DNA from: a virus
IMG/VR virus record: IMGVR_UViG_3300028840_002524
Location: 52,196 to 116,195 of that record
Strand: one strand, 5' to 3'
Length of the DNA: 64,000 nucleotides
Shown one piece after another: positions 36,142 through 45,899 of the stretch. The notes under the pieces were generated by a model that worked only from the letters and a program-made list of their open reading frames with translations, made no database searches and was not told where the DNA came from. Every line of letters begins with the position of its first letter. Positions within the stretch are counted from its first letter, which is position 1. The position numbers and the translations under genes were made by a program.

Positions 36142-36933
36142 ATGGCGAAACAGGACGGGAAAGTGCAGTGTGCCTTGTGCGGTCGGCTGTTTAAGCAAAT
36201 TACAGTGACCCACCTCAAGCAGATGCACCCCGAGATCACCCTTGAGAAATACAAGGAGATTTACGGCCCCACCACGCAGAAAACGAAAGCCCTCGCCACC
36301 ATCCCCGAGGAGTCCATGACTCCCATCGCCAAGCAGCTCGTCCACCAGATCATGTCCGACGAAACCCTCGTGAAGGACCTCACCGCCAAGATCGGGGACG
36401 GCCTTTTCGGACAGGCAATGCGCGGCACGACGGCCAAGGCCCTCCTGACCGTCTTGCAGACCCGGATGGCGGCCCTCGAACGGGCGGCCCAGAACGTGGG
36501 GAAGGTGAACTCCGAGCTCTTCTCCGACTGGCGACTCAACAGCGGCCGGGATGACGGCGGCCCCACTCCCACGCACGAGCTGATCAAGATCGCCCAGGTC
36601 GGGCAGACCGAGCTCAGGGACATCGCAGAGATGATCCTGCGCACCGGACAGATGACGGTCCTTGACGGCCAGAGAAACATGGGGCCGAATGTGCAAATCC
36701 AGATGTTCTCAGGGGAGCACGCGAAGGTAACCCTCCCGGAAGGGCTCACCCCGCAGCGCCGAGAGGACATGCGTAGGCTCGCCGAGCGGTACACGCGGCC
36801 CAAAACAGACATCGACGCCGTGATTGCCAAGGCACGAGCCCTCCGTGACGGCGCGGACGCCGTTCCGGTCCAGGTGGAAGTGAGTGATGCAGCATCCGAA
36901 TCCGAAGGAGATAGCGGCGGCTCCTCTGAGTGA
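36142..36933 (+). CDS. Putative terminase small subunit with an N-terminal C2H2 (MucR-like) finger
   Basis: 'CALCG...HLKQMH...YKEIYG'; helical body; directly upstream of the large terminase. Confidence 0.5.
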   Translation: MAKQDGKVQCALCGRLFKQITVTHLKQMHPEITLEKYKEIYGPTTQKTKALATIPEESMTPIAKQLVHQIMSDETLVKDLTAKIGDGLFGQAMRGTTAKALLTVLQTRMAALERAAQNVGKVNSELFSDWRLNSGRDDGGPTPTHELIKIAQVGQTELRDIAEMILRTGQMTVLDGQRNMGPNVQIQMFSGEHAKVTLPEGLTPQRREDMRRLAERYTRPKTDIDAVIAKARALRDGADAVPVQVEVSDAASESEGDSGGSSE

Positions 36934-38896
36934 GGGGGAGATCGAGGCTATCTACTCCGACCTCGAAAAGGGCAGCGAGAAGCTGTTCTCCAGGCTGAGC
37001 CCGGAGCAGCGCGACTGGTTTATCAACCTCTTCGAGCGCCTTTCCGAGGGGGATGAGGCCATGCTCGAAGCCCTCTATGCCCAGGACTACGACCACATTC
37101 CTGTGTCCCCCGAGGTGTTTTTCACCGAGACCGACTACCTCGGGCACATGGGGAAGGACCTTTATCGGGCGTGGTGGCCCCACGTTCTCAACATCTGCGA
37201 CCCGCAGAAGAACGTCTCCGAGGTGATTTTCACGGGGGCAATCGGGTTCGGGAAGTCATTCGTGGCGAATGCGTTCCTCATCCCCTACAAAATCTACTGG
37301 CTCTCCTGCCTGCGGAACCCGGCGCGGTACTTCGGCCTCGCGGACAACACCAAGATCGTGTTCGGTATCTACGCCATCACAAAGGACCACGCGGAGGAAA
37401 TCGGATTCTACGACCTCCGGGATCAGGCCCTCGACAACAGCCCGTACTTCCGCTACGTGTTCCCCCGTGTGCCCGGTGAAGGGACCCTGATTAGCTTTGA
37501 CAAGGGAATCCGGGTCCTTCTCGGGTCGAAAGAACTCCACGCCATCGGCCACAACCTGTTCGCCATCTCCCTCGATGAGCTGAACTTCTACGAGCAGGGC
37601 AAGAACACAAAGAACAAGGCCCACGACCTCGTGGCGGCCGTCTCGCGCCGTACCGAGTCCCGGTTCAGGACGGAATCCGGGGCCGTGGCCGGGTTCGTGG
37701 TACTCATCTCCTCGAAGCGCACAGAGACCGACTTCCTGGAAGAGCGCCTGCGGAAGGTCCGACGGCTCCCTGGCGTTTACGTCGTTGACGCCGCGTTCTG
37801 GGAATTTGACGAAAAGACGATCTACAGCGGCAAGAAGTTCCGGGTGCAGCTCGGGGATGAATTCCGGGACGCGGCCGTGCTCGATGAGGTCCTCTTCGAC
37901 ACCGATGGGGTCGATGTGCTGGACATCCGGGCCGTCGGAACCGAGGACGATACGGCCGAAACAATCGTGGTGCCCGTCGAGCACTACAAGGCTTTCGTCG
38001 AGGACCTCAGCGGGTCGATCCGCGACGTGGCCGGGCGCAGCACCAGGGGGTTCAACCCCTTTTTCGGGAACAAGCAGATCGTCCACGACATGGTGGACCC
38101 GTCCCTCCCGGCCGCGTTCGACGCCGAGAGAATCCCCATTTACGTGGACGACAACCGGCAGCTCGTGGAGGCCCTCAGCGTGAAGCGCCTCTGCCGGGTG
38201 AACATGAACCGGTGGATCCCGCTCAGGCATCCGGGGGCGCCTCGGTACATCCACATCGACCTCGCCAAGAACAAGGACGCCTGCGGGATCGCCATGATCC
38301 ACCCCTCCAGCCACTACATCACCAAGGAAGAGGATGAGGAGGGACGGCTCCGCGAGGAGGATGGGGTCCCGATCATCACGGTGGTGAAGGAAATCGAGAT
38401 CGACTTCGCCCTCGCCGTGACGGCCGGTCCCCGTGGGGAGGAGATCGACTTCCAGAAAATCCGTAACTTCGTGCTCTTTCTGCGCAGCATCGGGTTCTGG
38501 ATTCGGGAGGTGACCTACGATTCCTGGGAGTCCGTGGACAGCATCCAGCTCCTGCGCGGCGCGTCCATCACGGCCGACGTGCAGTCCGTGGACCGCACGG
38601 CCGTCCCGTACAAGACCCTGCGACGTGCCCTCGCCGAGCGGCGCGTCCGAGGGGCGCCCAACGAACTCCTTCGCACGGAGCTCATAGGCTTGGAACATGA
38701 CGTGGAAGCGGATAAGGTGGACCACAGGGAGGGCGAGTCGAAAGACGTTGCGGATGCCACGTGCGGCTCGACTTACCGCTGCCTCATCGACAAGATTAAG
38801 CCGGGTGACGTGCCTCCGGAACACCGGGGGCAGACCACAAAAACACGGGATTCGAAGTACGACAAGTACCTCGACCAGATCAAGGGGATTGTGTGA
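36887..38896 (+). CDS. terL: Terminase large subunit
   Basis: Walker A 'GAIGFGKS', Walker B 'ISLDE', 'LISS'; nuclease 'IHIDLA..D', 'TYD', 'DH...SKDVADA'. Confidence 0.9.
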   Translation: MQHPNPKEIAAAPLSEGEIEAIYSDLEKGSEKLFSRLSPEQRDWFINLFERLSEGDEAMLEALYAQDYDHIPVSPEVFFTETDYLGHMGKDLYRAWWPHVLNICDPQKNVSEVIFTGAIGFGKSFVANAFLIPYKIYWLSCLRNPARYFGLADNTKIVFGIYAITKDHAEEIGFYDLRDQALDNSPYFRYVFPRVPGEGTLISFDKGIRVLLGSKELHAIGHNLFAISLDELNFYEQGKNTKNKAHDLVAAVSRRTESRFRTESGAVAGFVVLISSKRTETDFLEERLRKVRRLPGVYVVDAAFWEFDEKTIYSGKKFRVQLGDEFRDAAVLDEVLFDTDGVDVLDIRAVGTEDDTAETIVVPVEHYKAFVEDLSGSIRDVAGRSTRGFNPFFGNKQIVHDMVDPSLPAAFDAERIPIYVDDNRQLVEALSVKRLCRVNMNRWIPLRHPGAPRYIHIDLAKNKDACGIAMIHPSSHYITKEEDEEGRLREEDGVPIITVVKEIEIDFALAVTAGPRGEEIDFQKIRNFVLFLRSIGFWIREVTYDSWESVDSIQLLRGASITADVQSVDRTAVPYKTLRRALAERRVRGAPNELLRTELIGLEHDVEADKVDHREGESKDVADATCGSTYRCLIDKIKPGDVPPEHRGQTTKTRDSKYDKYLDQIKGIV

Positions 38897-40632
38897 TGAA
38901 CGACATGCTGGAAATGGTGCTATTTCCGTGGTCATCCTTGGCCCGGATCCAGGGCTTGCAGCGGCGCCCCGAGATGGGTCGCAGCTACCCCATGCCGCAG
39001 CCCAGGGACAAGGCACGCTCCCGCGACCCCATCGAGAGGGGCAGCCGGTCCGGTGACTGGGTGGACCAGATCATCGGGACCCAGAGGCAGTACACCCGGC
39101 TCGAACTCTACGCAATATACCGCGAGATGGACATGGACCCGCTCATCATGACGGTCCTGGATGCCTACGCGGAGGACGCCACCCAGAGGGACTTCGAGAG
39201 CGGCCGCACGGTCTGGGCCACGGCCAAGAACCCCGAGGTGCGCAAGATCGTGACGCAGTGTCTCGAACGCATGGAGATCGAGGACGTGGCATTCGCCATC
39301 GTGCGCTCCATGGCGAAGTTCGGCGACGAGTTCGAGCGCGTCGTGGCCGCCCAGAACGCGGGAATCCTCCACATCCGAGGGTACGACCCGTGGGACATCG
39401 CCCGGATCGAGGACGAGCACGGGCGCCTGGAGGCGTTTTCTCCGTGCGATGCCGAGGGACGGCCTACCAACGTGCAGAGCAATTCGGTGCCCTTCTACAA
39501 GGCGCTCCATTTCCGCCTGCGTGGTATCAGGCGAAACGACATCTACGGCGGCTCCATCCTGTGGGGCTCCCGCGAGAAGTGGCGGCAGCTTCAGCTCATC
39601 GAGGACCAGATCGTCATGCAGCGCCTCCTTCGGCGCCCCGACCGTCTCCTGATCCTCATGGACGTAGGCGGCATGCCGCTGGCGGAAGCGTATGAGGCGT
39701 GCAAAGAGTGGGAGGACCGGATCTACAAGGAGCACAATGTGGACCCGGTGAGCGGTATTTTCACGTCCCAGGGCACCCCCCTCCACGAGGCCCGGGACCT
39801 GATCCTCCCCCTCGGGCAGGACAACAATACGCGCATCGAGAACCTTCCCGCCACGACGGGGAACGATCTCTTCCGGGACTTCGAGATCATCCTCGGCCGT
39901 CTCCTGGGCGGCCTGCGGATGCCCAAGGGCTACTTCGGCTTCGAGGGCGCCTACGAGCCCAACATGAGCCTCGGGAAGCAAGACGTGAGGTTCGCCAAGA
40001 CGGCCACGAGGATCCAGCGGGCATTCCTGGGGGAACTCGTGCGGGCGTGCATGATCGACCTCGCGTTCCACAACCTGGACCCGTTCCGGGATGAGAACGC
40101 TTTCGACCTCCACATGGCCCCCGTGAGCGCATTCGCCGAGATCGAGCGGGCCGAGCTCCTCCAGATGCGCGTGGACCTCATGGACCGCCTTGCCCGGCTC
40201 GGGGAGGATATGGGCTTCAACAAGGAGGCGTGGATTCCTTACGTCCTCGAAGAGGTCGGTCGGGTGCCCAAGGACCTCGTTGACAAGCTCACCGCCCAGG
40301 GCGAGGGGGCGGCGGCCGAGGCCGTCGAGGCCCTTTCCGAGGACCCCAAGGCCCTCGCCGGTCTCGCGCTCATCCAGGAGGGCCTCCCGACGATCAGTTC
40401 CCGCAGCAAGCGCGGGGGCATGAAGGGCGGCGTGGAAGAGGCGCAGCAGGCCCTCAGCGAGGCCGTCAAGCGCCTCAAGGAGTCGGGCGCTGAGGATGAG
40501 AAAACCTGGGCCCCGCTCAAGACCATCCCGGCCGGGTCGGACGCCGTGCGTGCCATGCACACGGAGAGGGCAGAGCGCCGTCTCCAGGTGATCCGTGGCC
40601 TTTCCAATGTTCCGGAGAGGGCAGCATCGTGA
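38896..40632 (+). CDS. Portal protein (T4 gp20-like)
   Basis: 'YREMD..P', 'YGGSIL....WRQLQLIED..MQRL.R.PDR....DVG.MP', 'TRIENLP', 'DVRFAK..RIQ'. Confidence 0.9.
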   Translation: MNDMLEMVLFPWSSLARIQGLQRRPEMGRSYPMPQPRDKARSRDPIERGSRSGDWVDQIIGTQRQYTRLELYAIYREMDMDPLIMTVLDAYAEDATQRDFESGRTVWATAKNPEVRKIVTQCLERMEIEDVAFAIVRSMAKFGDEFERVVAAQNAGILHIRGYDPWDIARIEDEHGRLEAFSPCDAEGRPTNVQSNSVPFYKALHFRLRGIRRNDIYGGSILWGSREKWRQLQLIEDQIVMQRLLRRPDRLLILMDVGGMPLAEAYEACKEWEDRIYKEHNVDPVSGIFTSQGTPLHEARDLILPLGQDNNTRIENLPATTGNDLFRDFEIILGRLLGGLRMPKGYFGFEGAYEPNMSLGKQDVRFAKTATRIQRAFLGELVRACMIDLAFHNLDPFRDENAFDLHMAPVSAFAEIERAELLQMRVDLMDRLARLGEDMGFNKEAWIPYVLEEVGRVPKDLVDKLTAQGEGAAAEAVEALSEDPKALAGLALIQEGLPTISSRSKRGGMKGGVEEAQQALSEAVKRLKESGAEDEKTWAPLKTIPAGSDAVRAMHTERAERRLQVIRGLSNVPERAAS

Positions 40633-40949
40633 CCGAAGAGGTACGAACCTCCAGCAAGGAGATGATGCGCAGGATCGCCCGGCGCACAAAGATTCCCCAG
40701 AAAACGGTGGCGAGCGTGATGACAGCCTTTGCCGAGGAGGTGGGGAACGCCCTGCTCCAGGGGGAGGTGGTCATCGTACGGGGAGTGGGGCGCCTGCGGC
40801 GGAAGTGCTACACGGCACGAAACTGCCCCACCCTATCGGGGAAGCGTGTCACCATAGTTAGGCACGGTGTCGCCCTCAAGACCTCGGGAGCTCTCCTGAA
40901 CAGGCTCAAGGAGGGGAAGGATATTTTCGATGAAGTCGAGCAGCTCTGA
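40629..40949 (+). CDS. HU/IHF-like DNA-binding protein
   Basis: 'KEMMRRIA.....K......F...V...L..GE.V...G.G.L......AR...P...G..V.I.....LK'. Confidence 0.75.
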   Translation: MTEEVRTSSKEMMRRIARRTKIPQKTVASVMTAFAEEVGNALLQGEVVIVRGVGRLRRKCYTARNCPTLSGKRVTIVRHGVALKTSGALLNRLKEGKDIFDEVEQL

Positions 40950-41106
40950 CGACACCCGAATCATCGTGGCCTACAAGTCCGAGTGCCCCATGGCGAAGGA
41001 CGGCAAGCACGAGTGGAAGATGGGGAGCGGCGACGCGGGCAACATGCCCTCCCTGGAGTGCGCCCTCTGCGGCCAGCTCACAACCCAGAGGAAGCTGTGC
41101 GACTGA
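40930..41106 (+). CDS. Small zinc-finger protein (58 aa)
   Basis: Translated by hand: '...ECP...KHEW...ECALCG'; RBS GAGGGG. Confidence 0.5.
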   Translation: MKSSSSDDTRIIVAYKSECPMAKDGKHEWKMGSGDAGNMPSLECALCGQLTTQRKLCD

Positions 41107-42149
41107 TCGAACTCGACCAGCTTTTCCTCGTGCTTGAGGATGACCCAGGGATCGGCGACATATCGGACCCCTTCTCTGGGATCGGCGCCCAGGCGCGTGA
41201 GGACATCGCCCCGGCCCTCGAAGCGTATCGACGGTGGGAGAAAGACCAGCTCCTATCGTGGTCCATCGCGGAGAGCAAGGCTGTGGGGAGCGTCGCGTAC
41301 GAGCCCTTTTCGAGGGGGCGCGAGTTTGCCAGCATCGCGGCTCGGCGCCCCTCCTACGCCCGCGAAATCCGCTACGAACTCTCCTCAGCCAGGAAGATAT
41401 TCAACCGTATCCAGGCCGATCTCAGCGCCAAGCTCTTGCGCCTGACCCGCGAATTCTCCGATGGGGAATACACGGCGGCCGAGTACCAGCGCCTCTCCGC
41501 CGAGATGCTCACGGACTACTACGAACGGGCGTTCAATGCGGGACGAAAGGCTTCGGGCCTCCCCAAGTTCATGCCGAAGCAGACGCAGCCCACGCAGTGG
41601 GAGCGGTCCTGGTTCCGCTCGGCCGTTCGACAGGAGCTCGCGTTCTGGAACAATTTCGTGGCCGATCTCGCGGCCGGGCGCGTCCAGTTCGCCCCGAAAG
41701 ACATCAACGTGCTCCCGAGACCCCCGGCGCGTCCCTACTTCGCCGAGGAGCGCATCGGGATGTTTGTCAAGTCCCTGGAGTCCATGTTCGACTCGGCCCG
41801 GGTCACCGGCCTCCCCGAGAACGTCCTCATCTACTGGAGCGGCCCCGGCCTCACGGACAAACGAATCTGTGCCGGGTGCGCGTACATCGTGGAGAGGCAG
41901 CCCTTCCCCAAGGACCTTGTACCGGCGGTACCCCGTGCGGGGATGACGCCCTGCCTAACAAACTGTAGGCACCGTCTCCTGGTACGCAAGGCCACCTCGA
42001 AGGAGATCACGCAGCGAAAGCGGGCCCTCCCGAAGAGGGCGTCCATGGTGGCCGGGCTGGAGAAGATCATGAAGGAGCGTCGCGGCGGGGGCCGTAGGCG
42101 CTTACGCAAGCCCCGGGGCGCCCTCACGAATCCGTGGGGGAACAAGTAG
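41097..42149 (+). CDS. Putative head morphogenesis/minor capsid protein
   Basis: Close to the portal gene; C-terminal 'W......C..C......P..G.T.C.TNCRH.L' resembles Mu gpF-like proteins. Confidence 0.55.
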   Translation: MRLIELDQLFLVLEDDPGIGDISDPFSGIGAQAREDIAPALEAYRRWEKDQLLSWSIAESKAVGSVAYEPFSRGREFASIAARRPSYAREIRYELSSARKIFNRIQADLSAKLLRLTREFSDGEYTAAEYQRLSAEMLTDYYERAFNAGRKASGLPKFMPKQTQPTQWERSWFRSAVRQELAFWNNFVADLAAGRVQFAPKDINVLPRPPARPYFAEERIGMFVKSLESMFDSARVTGLPENVLIYWSGPGLTDKRICAGCAYIVERQPFPKDLVPAVPRAGMTPCLTNCRHRLLVRKATSKEITQRKRALPKRASMVAGLEKIMKERRGGGRRRLRKPRGALTNPWGNK

Positions 42150-42682
42150 TGTATCTCCTTGCCCTGGACCTCGGCGTGGCCGGTTGTGGCGCGTGTCTCT
42201 ACAACATCCGAACGGGTGACCTGGACCGCGTGAGCGGTGTCACCACCAAGAAGAACGGCAAGTTGACTGCCACGGTGGATGACTTCCGGAGAATGGGAGA
42301 GGTCCTCGACTTCTTGCAGGAGTTTCGGGATGAGCCCGTGGTGGGGGTGGCTTTCGAGGCACCGGCGGGGGCGAAGAGCGCCGACGCGGCCAAGAGCCTC
42401 GCCACGGGGCGCACGATGGCCTACATGATCGCTCGGGAGGACAAGCTGCCCTGGCGAGCGTACACCGTAGGCGCTTGCAAAAAGGCTGTGGGGCTCAAAG
42501 GGAACGCCAAAGCGGACAAGTCGATCACCCAAAAAGCGGTGATGGACCGGTGGCCCATGGCGCTGTGGCCCCTGGGGCAGAAGCATTTCGAGGACGCGGC
42601 CGACTCTGCGGCCGTGGTGTTGGCGGCCGAGAAAGACGGCTTTATTGAGGCACTGAAAGAGCGATGGAAACACCTCCTGTAA
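42149..42682 (+). CDS. ruvC: RuvC-like Holliday junction resolvase
   Basis: 'LALDLG', 'AFE', 'KKAVG..GNA..K', 'EDAADS.AV'. Confidence 0.82.
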   Translation: MYLLALDLGVAGCGACLYNIRTGDLDRVSGVTTKKNGKLTATVDDFRRMGEVLDFLQEFRDEPVVGVAFEAPAGAKSADAAKSLATGRTMAYMIAREDKLPWRAYTVGACKKAVGLKGNAKADKSITQKAVMDRWPMALWPLGQKHFEDAADSAAVVLAAEKDGFIEALKERWKHLL

Positions 42683-42966
42683 GCAAGATCATGCTCGAAA
42701 TCGACGGCCTGTTCTATCCCCAGACCGTTTTCGACGCCATGCTCAACAAGGTCATGGAGGAGGTCCTCCAGGGGATCATCAACCGTTCAAAGTCTCCCCG
42801 GCGCACCGTGCTGCGCCTCAAGGCCCTCAGATCGACGGCCGTACGCGACCGCGTGTACAGAGAGGCCATGAAGCGTACCAAGGATTCCGTGCCCGGTCTC
42901 AGGCCCAAAGAGATCGACGATTCCTATACCCTCCTTTCTCGAAAAACATCCCAGAAATCCGCTTGA
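42664..42966 (+). CDS. Hypothetical protein
   Basis: Good codon usage; overlaps the end of ruvC. Confidence 0.5.
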   Translation: METPPVSKIMLEIDGLFYPQTVFDAMLNKVMEEVLQGIINRSKSPRRTVLRLKALRSTAVRDRVYREAMKRTKDSVPGLRPKEIDDSYTLLSRKTSQKSA

Positions 42967-42991
42967 CAATCCGTTCGTGATAGCATAAGAT
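42963..42991 (+). promoter_or_regulatory. Sigma70-like promoter, near-copy of the 13578 promoter
   Basis: TTGACA-ATCCGTTCGTGATAGCA-TAAGAT. Confidence 0.75.
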
Positions 42992-43009
42992 TCAAGCATT
43001 CGAACGTGA

Positions 43010-43615
43010 TTGGAGATGCACATGGATGACGAAAAACGGGCCCTTCTCCACGAGGCCATCATGCTCAAGGGGAAGCTTGACTTCTTCGAGAAGAAGTACA
43101 AGGAGACCAAGGCGGCCCTCCGGATGCTCATGGAGGAGGACGGCGATGCTTTCCTCGACACGGAGGACGGCAGGGCGTTCTACAAGAGCGGATCGGCCAC
43201 CATGCTGACCGATGACGGCGCCACCATCGCCCGTCTCCTGCACAAGGACGAGCTCGTGGACCTCATCGCCGGGAAGAAGCTCACGAAGGGGGATGCAAAT
43301 TTCCTCCTCACGGTCACCACCGGCCGCAACATCTCCAAGCTCCTCACCGAGGTTCCCTCGCGCTCCTTCACCGCCGAGAAAGCCCGTACCAAGGCCGAGA
43401 AAGCCCGTATGCAGGCGGCCATCGACGCGGAAGCCGAGGAGGCCATGAAGGACCTCCGCGAGCGCGTGAACCGCTTCCGCAAGCGCCTGGGCCTGGGGCG
43501 TAGCGAGCGCCTCGGGGAGCCGAAGGGCAGAGCGGCCGCGTACAGCGGAAAGGGGCGCCCGAGGAAGGGCGGAAAGCCCGCGAAGAAAAAGGCCGCGAAA
43601 GCGAAAAAGAAGTAA
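43010..43615 (+). CDS. Hypothetical protein with a Lys/Ala-rich tail
   Basis: Helical 201-aa ORF ending 'KPAKKKAAKAKKK'. Confidence 0.6.
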   Translation: MEMHMDDEKRALLHEAIMLKGKLDFFEKKYKETKAALRMLMEEDGDAFLDTEDGRAFYKSGSATMLTDDGATIARLLHKDELVDLIAGKKLTKGDANFLLTVTTGRNISKLLTEVPSRSFTAEKARTKAEKARMQAAIDAEAEEAMKDLRERVNRFRKRLGLGRSERLGEPKGRAAAYSGKGRPRKGGKPAKKKAAKAKKK

Positions 43616-43661
43616 ATAAACCCCGCATTTCCACCGATATGAAGTATGGAGGATTTCCCCG

Positions 43662-44315
43662 ATGGCAAAACTTTCCCTGAACGACCTTGTGTCGAGGATT
43701 CGGGAGCTCATCCCAGAGGGGTGTTCCCTGGTCATCGACCACAGCCGGGTCCTGACAGTGGGCACCCCCAAAGAGGAACCGCCGAAAAAGGAGGAACCGC
43801 CCGCGAAGGAGGACCCCGACGACATCGACCTCGGCGAGCCCCCTCCGGAAGAAGGGGCCGACGGCGCTGGCGACAGCGGAACCGAGGAAGCGGCCCCCGA
43901 AGAGCCCGAGGCGGAAGAAGGGGCCGAGGAAGAGGGCGACTTCTGGAAGCCCGAGGAGCGGTGCCAAGTCGAGATCGACGGCAACAAGTACCCCGGAACC
44001 GTCAAGGAAGTGAACGACGAGACCGAGAAGGTGTTCGTGGTGTTCGATGACGGGGACGAAGCGTGGTACGCGGCCGACGCCCTGGAGACCCTCGAACCCG
44101 AGGAAACCGGCGGCGACGACGACAAGGGCTCCTTTGGCCTGGAGGCCCTCGGCCTGCCCGCCAAGATCCACGAGAAGCTCGAAGCCGAAGGGTACGCCAC
44201 CGTGGGCGAGGTCCAGGAGGCCCTCGACGACGGCACCCTCGAAGAGCTCAAGTCCATCCCCAAGGCGGCGCTCTCATCCATCAAGAAGTCCGTGAAGAGC
44301 TTCGCCACCAAGTAA
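43662..44315 (+). CDS. Acidic protein with a Tudor/SH3-like domain and an alpha-CTD/HhH-like C-terminus
   Basis: 'DGNKYPGTVKEV.....VFVVFDDGDEAW' and 'LEALGLPAKIHEKLEAEGYATVGEV...LKSIP'. Confidence 0.55.
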   Translation: MAKLSLNDLVSRIRELIPEGCSLVIDHSRVLTVGTPKEEPPKKEEPPAKEDPDDIDLGEPPPEEGADGAGDSGTEEAAPEEPEAEEGAEEEGDFWKPEERCQVEIDGNKYPGTVKEVNDETEKVFVVFDDGDEAWYAADALETLEPEETGGDDDKGSFGLEALGLPAKIHEKLEAEGYATVGEVQEALDDGTLEELKSIPKAALSSIKKSVKSFATK

Positions 44316-44349
44316 CCCTCTCAAGCTGGGCGGCTACCAGCGGCGGATA

Positions 44350-44383
44350 GGGGGCGGCCTACGGGTCGCCCCCGCTTTTTTTT
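44350..44383 (+). terminator. Rho-independent terminator
   Basis: GGGGGCGGCC-TACG-GGTCGCCCCC followed by T8. Confidence 0.85.
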
Positions 44384-44498
44384 GCGACTGTCGGTAGCGA
44401 CAGTCGTTCATTTTTTTACCATTTCTATGTGCAATCGCACTGCGATATGGTACACTCCCGGTTGTCAGCACAGTGAATCCGCAGCACAGGAGGATGCT

Positions 44499-45752
44499 AT
44501 GGGCAAGAAAAAGGGAGTTCGCAAGGCCGTCGGTGGCGGCAAGAAGAAGGGTGTCAAGACGCCCAAGAACCGGCACATCGTCGGAACGTATGTGAACACC
44601 AGCACGCTCCGGGAGGCGCCCGATCTCAAGCTCCGGGAGGTGGACAAGGAGTCTGCCGAGTTCAAGGAGCTGGTGGCCTCAATCGAAAAGCACGGTTTCT
44701 ACGACCCCATTCTCGTGACCATCCGGGACGGCTTCCCGCACGTGGTGGACGGTTACAACCGTCTTGCTGCGGCCCGGGAGGTGGGCCTCAAGGAAGTGCC
44801 CATCACGCAGGCCGACGGTACGCGGGAGAAACTCATCCTCGCGGCATTCGACCTTTCCACCCGGCGGATCAACATGAGCGCCATGACGGAGGCTCGCGCC
44901 GTCGCCAGGGCCATGGAAGCCCTCGGTACCCGAAAGGCCAAGGAGGTGGCCGAGCGGATGGGGCGCTCAGAGCGATGGGTGTCGATCCACACGCAACTCC
45001 TCGACCTCCCGAAAGCCCTCCAGAAGGGGCTCGACGGCGGCGACACCAACGTGACCGTGGGCAAGTGCTACGACCTCCTGCGCCTCCATCCGGATGACAG
45101 GTCCAGGTTCGTGGGGAAATTGCGTGAGCTCACGGAGCCGTTCTTTCGGGACCACATCGAGACGGCCGTGCAGAACGGCAAAGCCCAGTGGGTGGACGGA
45201 CGCAAGCAGCCTCGCAAGAAAAAGGCCGCCAAGAGGACCCCCGAGGAGCAGGCCGACAAGCACCGGCACACTCCGGAGACCGTACGGGAAACCCCGGCCG
45301 CGCCCGTGGTGACCGTCTCGGGAACTCCTGAGCCCGTTGTCGAGGCCCGTTCGGTGGGCGAGCTCCAGCGCGGGATCCGCAAGGCCGAGGCCAGCCTCCA
45401 GAAGTACGAGAACAAGAGGGAGGCAACGGCGGCCAAGGCCAAGGAGAAAGTGAAGGACAAGCTCAAGGGGAAAGCCCTCCAGGAGTACGTGGAAGAGCGC
45501 CTCGCCACCTTCGACAGGAAGAACTACGGACAGATCGTGTTCCTCCGTGGGCAGATCGCGTTCGGTCTCTTCTCGTTGAACCTGAACCCGGACGCGGACA
45601 GCCTGGAGGCCGCCCTCAAGGAGTGGCGCAAGGAAAAGGGCCTTGACAAGCCCGCGAAGAAAGCGGCCAAGAAAAAGGCGTCGAAGGGGAAACCCGCGAA
45701 GAAGAAAGCGGCCAAGAAGAAATCCCCCAAGAACAGCAAGGGCAAGAAGTAG
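44499..45752 (+). CDS. ParB/Srx-like protein with histone H1-like basic termini
   Basis: 'ELVASIEKHGFYDPILV...VVDGYNRLAAA'; HTH 'KEVAERMGRSERWVS'; AKK-rich tail. Confidence 0.85.
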   Translation: MGKKKGVRKAVGGGKKKGVKTPKNRHIVGTYVNTSTLREAPDLKLREVDKESAEFKELVASIEKHGFYDPILVTIRDGFPHVVDGYNRLAAAREVGLKEVPITQADGTREKLILAAFDLSTRRINMSAMTEARAVARAMEALGTRKAKEVAERMGRSERWVSIHTQLLDLPKALQKGLDGGDTNVTVGKCYDLLRLHPDDRSRFVGKLRELTEPFFRDHIETAVQNGKAQWVDGRKQPRKKKAAKRTPEEQADKHRHTPETVRETPAAPVVTVSGTPEPVVEARSVGELQRGIRKAEASLQKYENKREATAAKAKEKVKDKLKGKALQEYVEERLATFDRKNYGQIVFLRGQIAFGLFSLNLNPDADSLEAALKEWRKEKGLDKPAKKAAKKKASKGKPAKKKAAKKKSPKNSKGKK

Positions 45753-45820
45753 GGGATTGCGCTCGTGGCCGTCACGGCCTACACTGAATTCGGATTCACT
45801 GAGGGGGAATCCTGTGCGGG

Positions 45821-45853
45821 GAGGGCGGTGCTGTGGGCACCGCCCTTTCTTTA
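45821..45853 (+). terminator. Rho-independent terminator
   Basis: AGGGCGGTGC/GCACCGCCCT followed by a T-rich tract. Confidence 0.7.
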
Positions 45854-45866
45854 TGCCTATTTTTCC

Positions 45867-45895
45867 TTGGAAAGCAGGTCGTGATAGGGTATAAT
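45867..45895 (+). promoter_or_regulatory. Sigma70-like promoter
   Basis: TTGGAA-17-TATAAT with CGTGATAG in the spacer. Confidence 0.6.
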
Positions 45896-45899
45896 CGGC

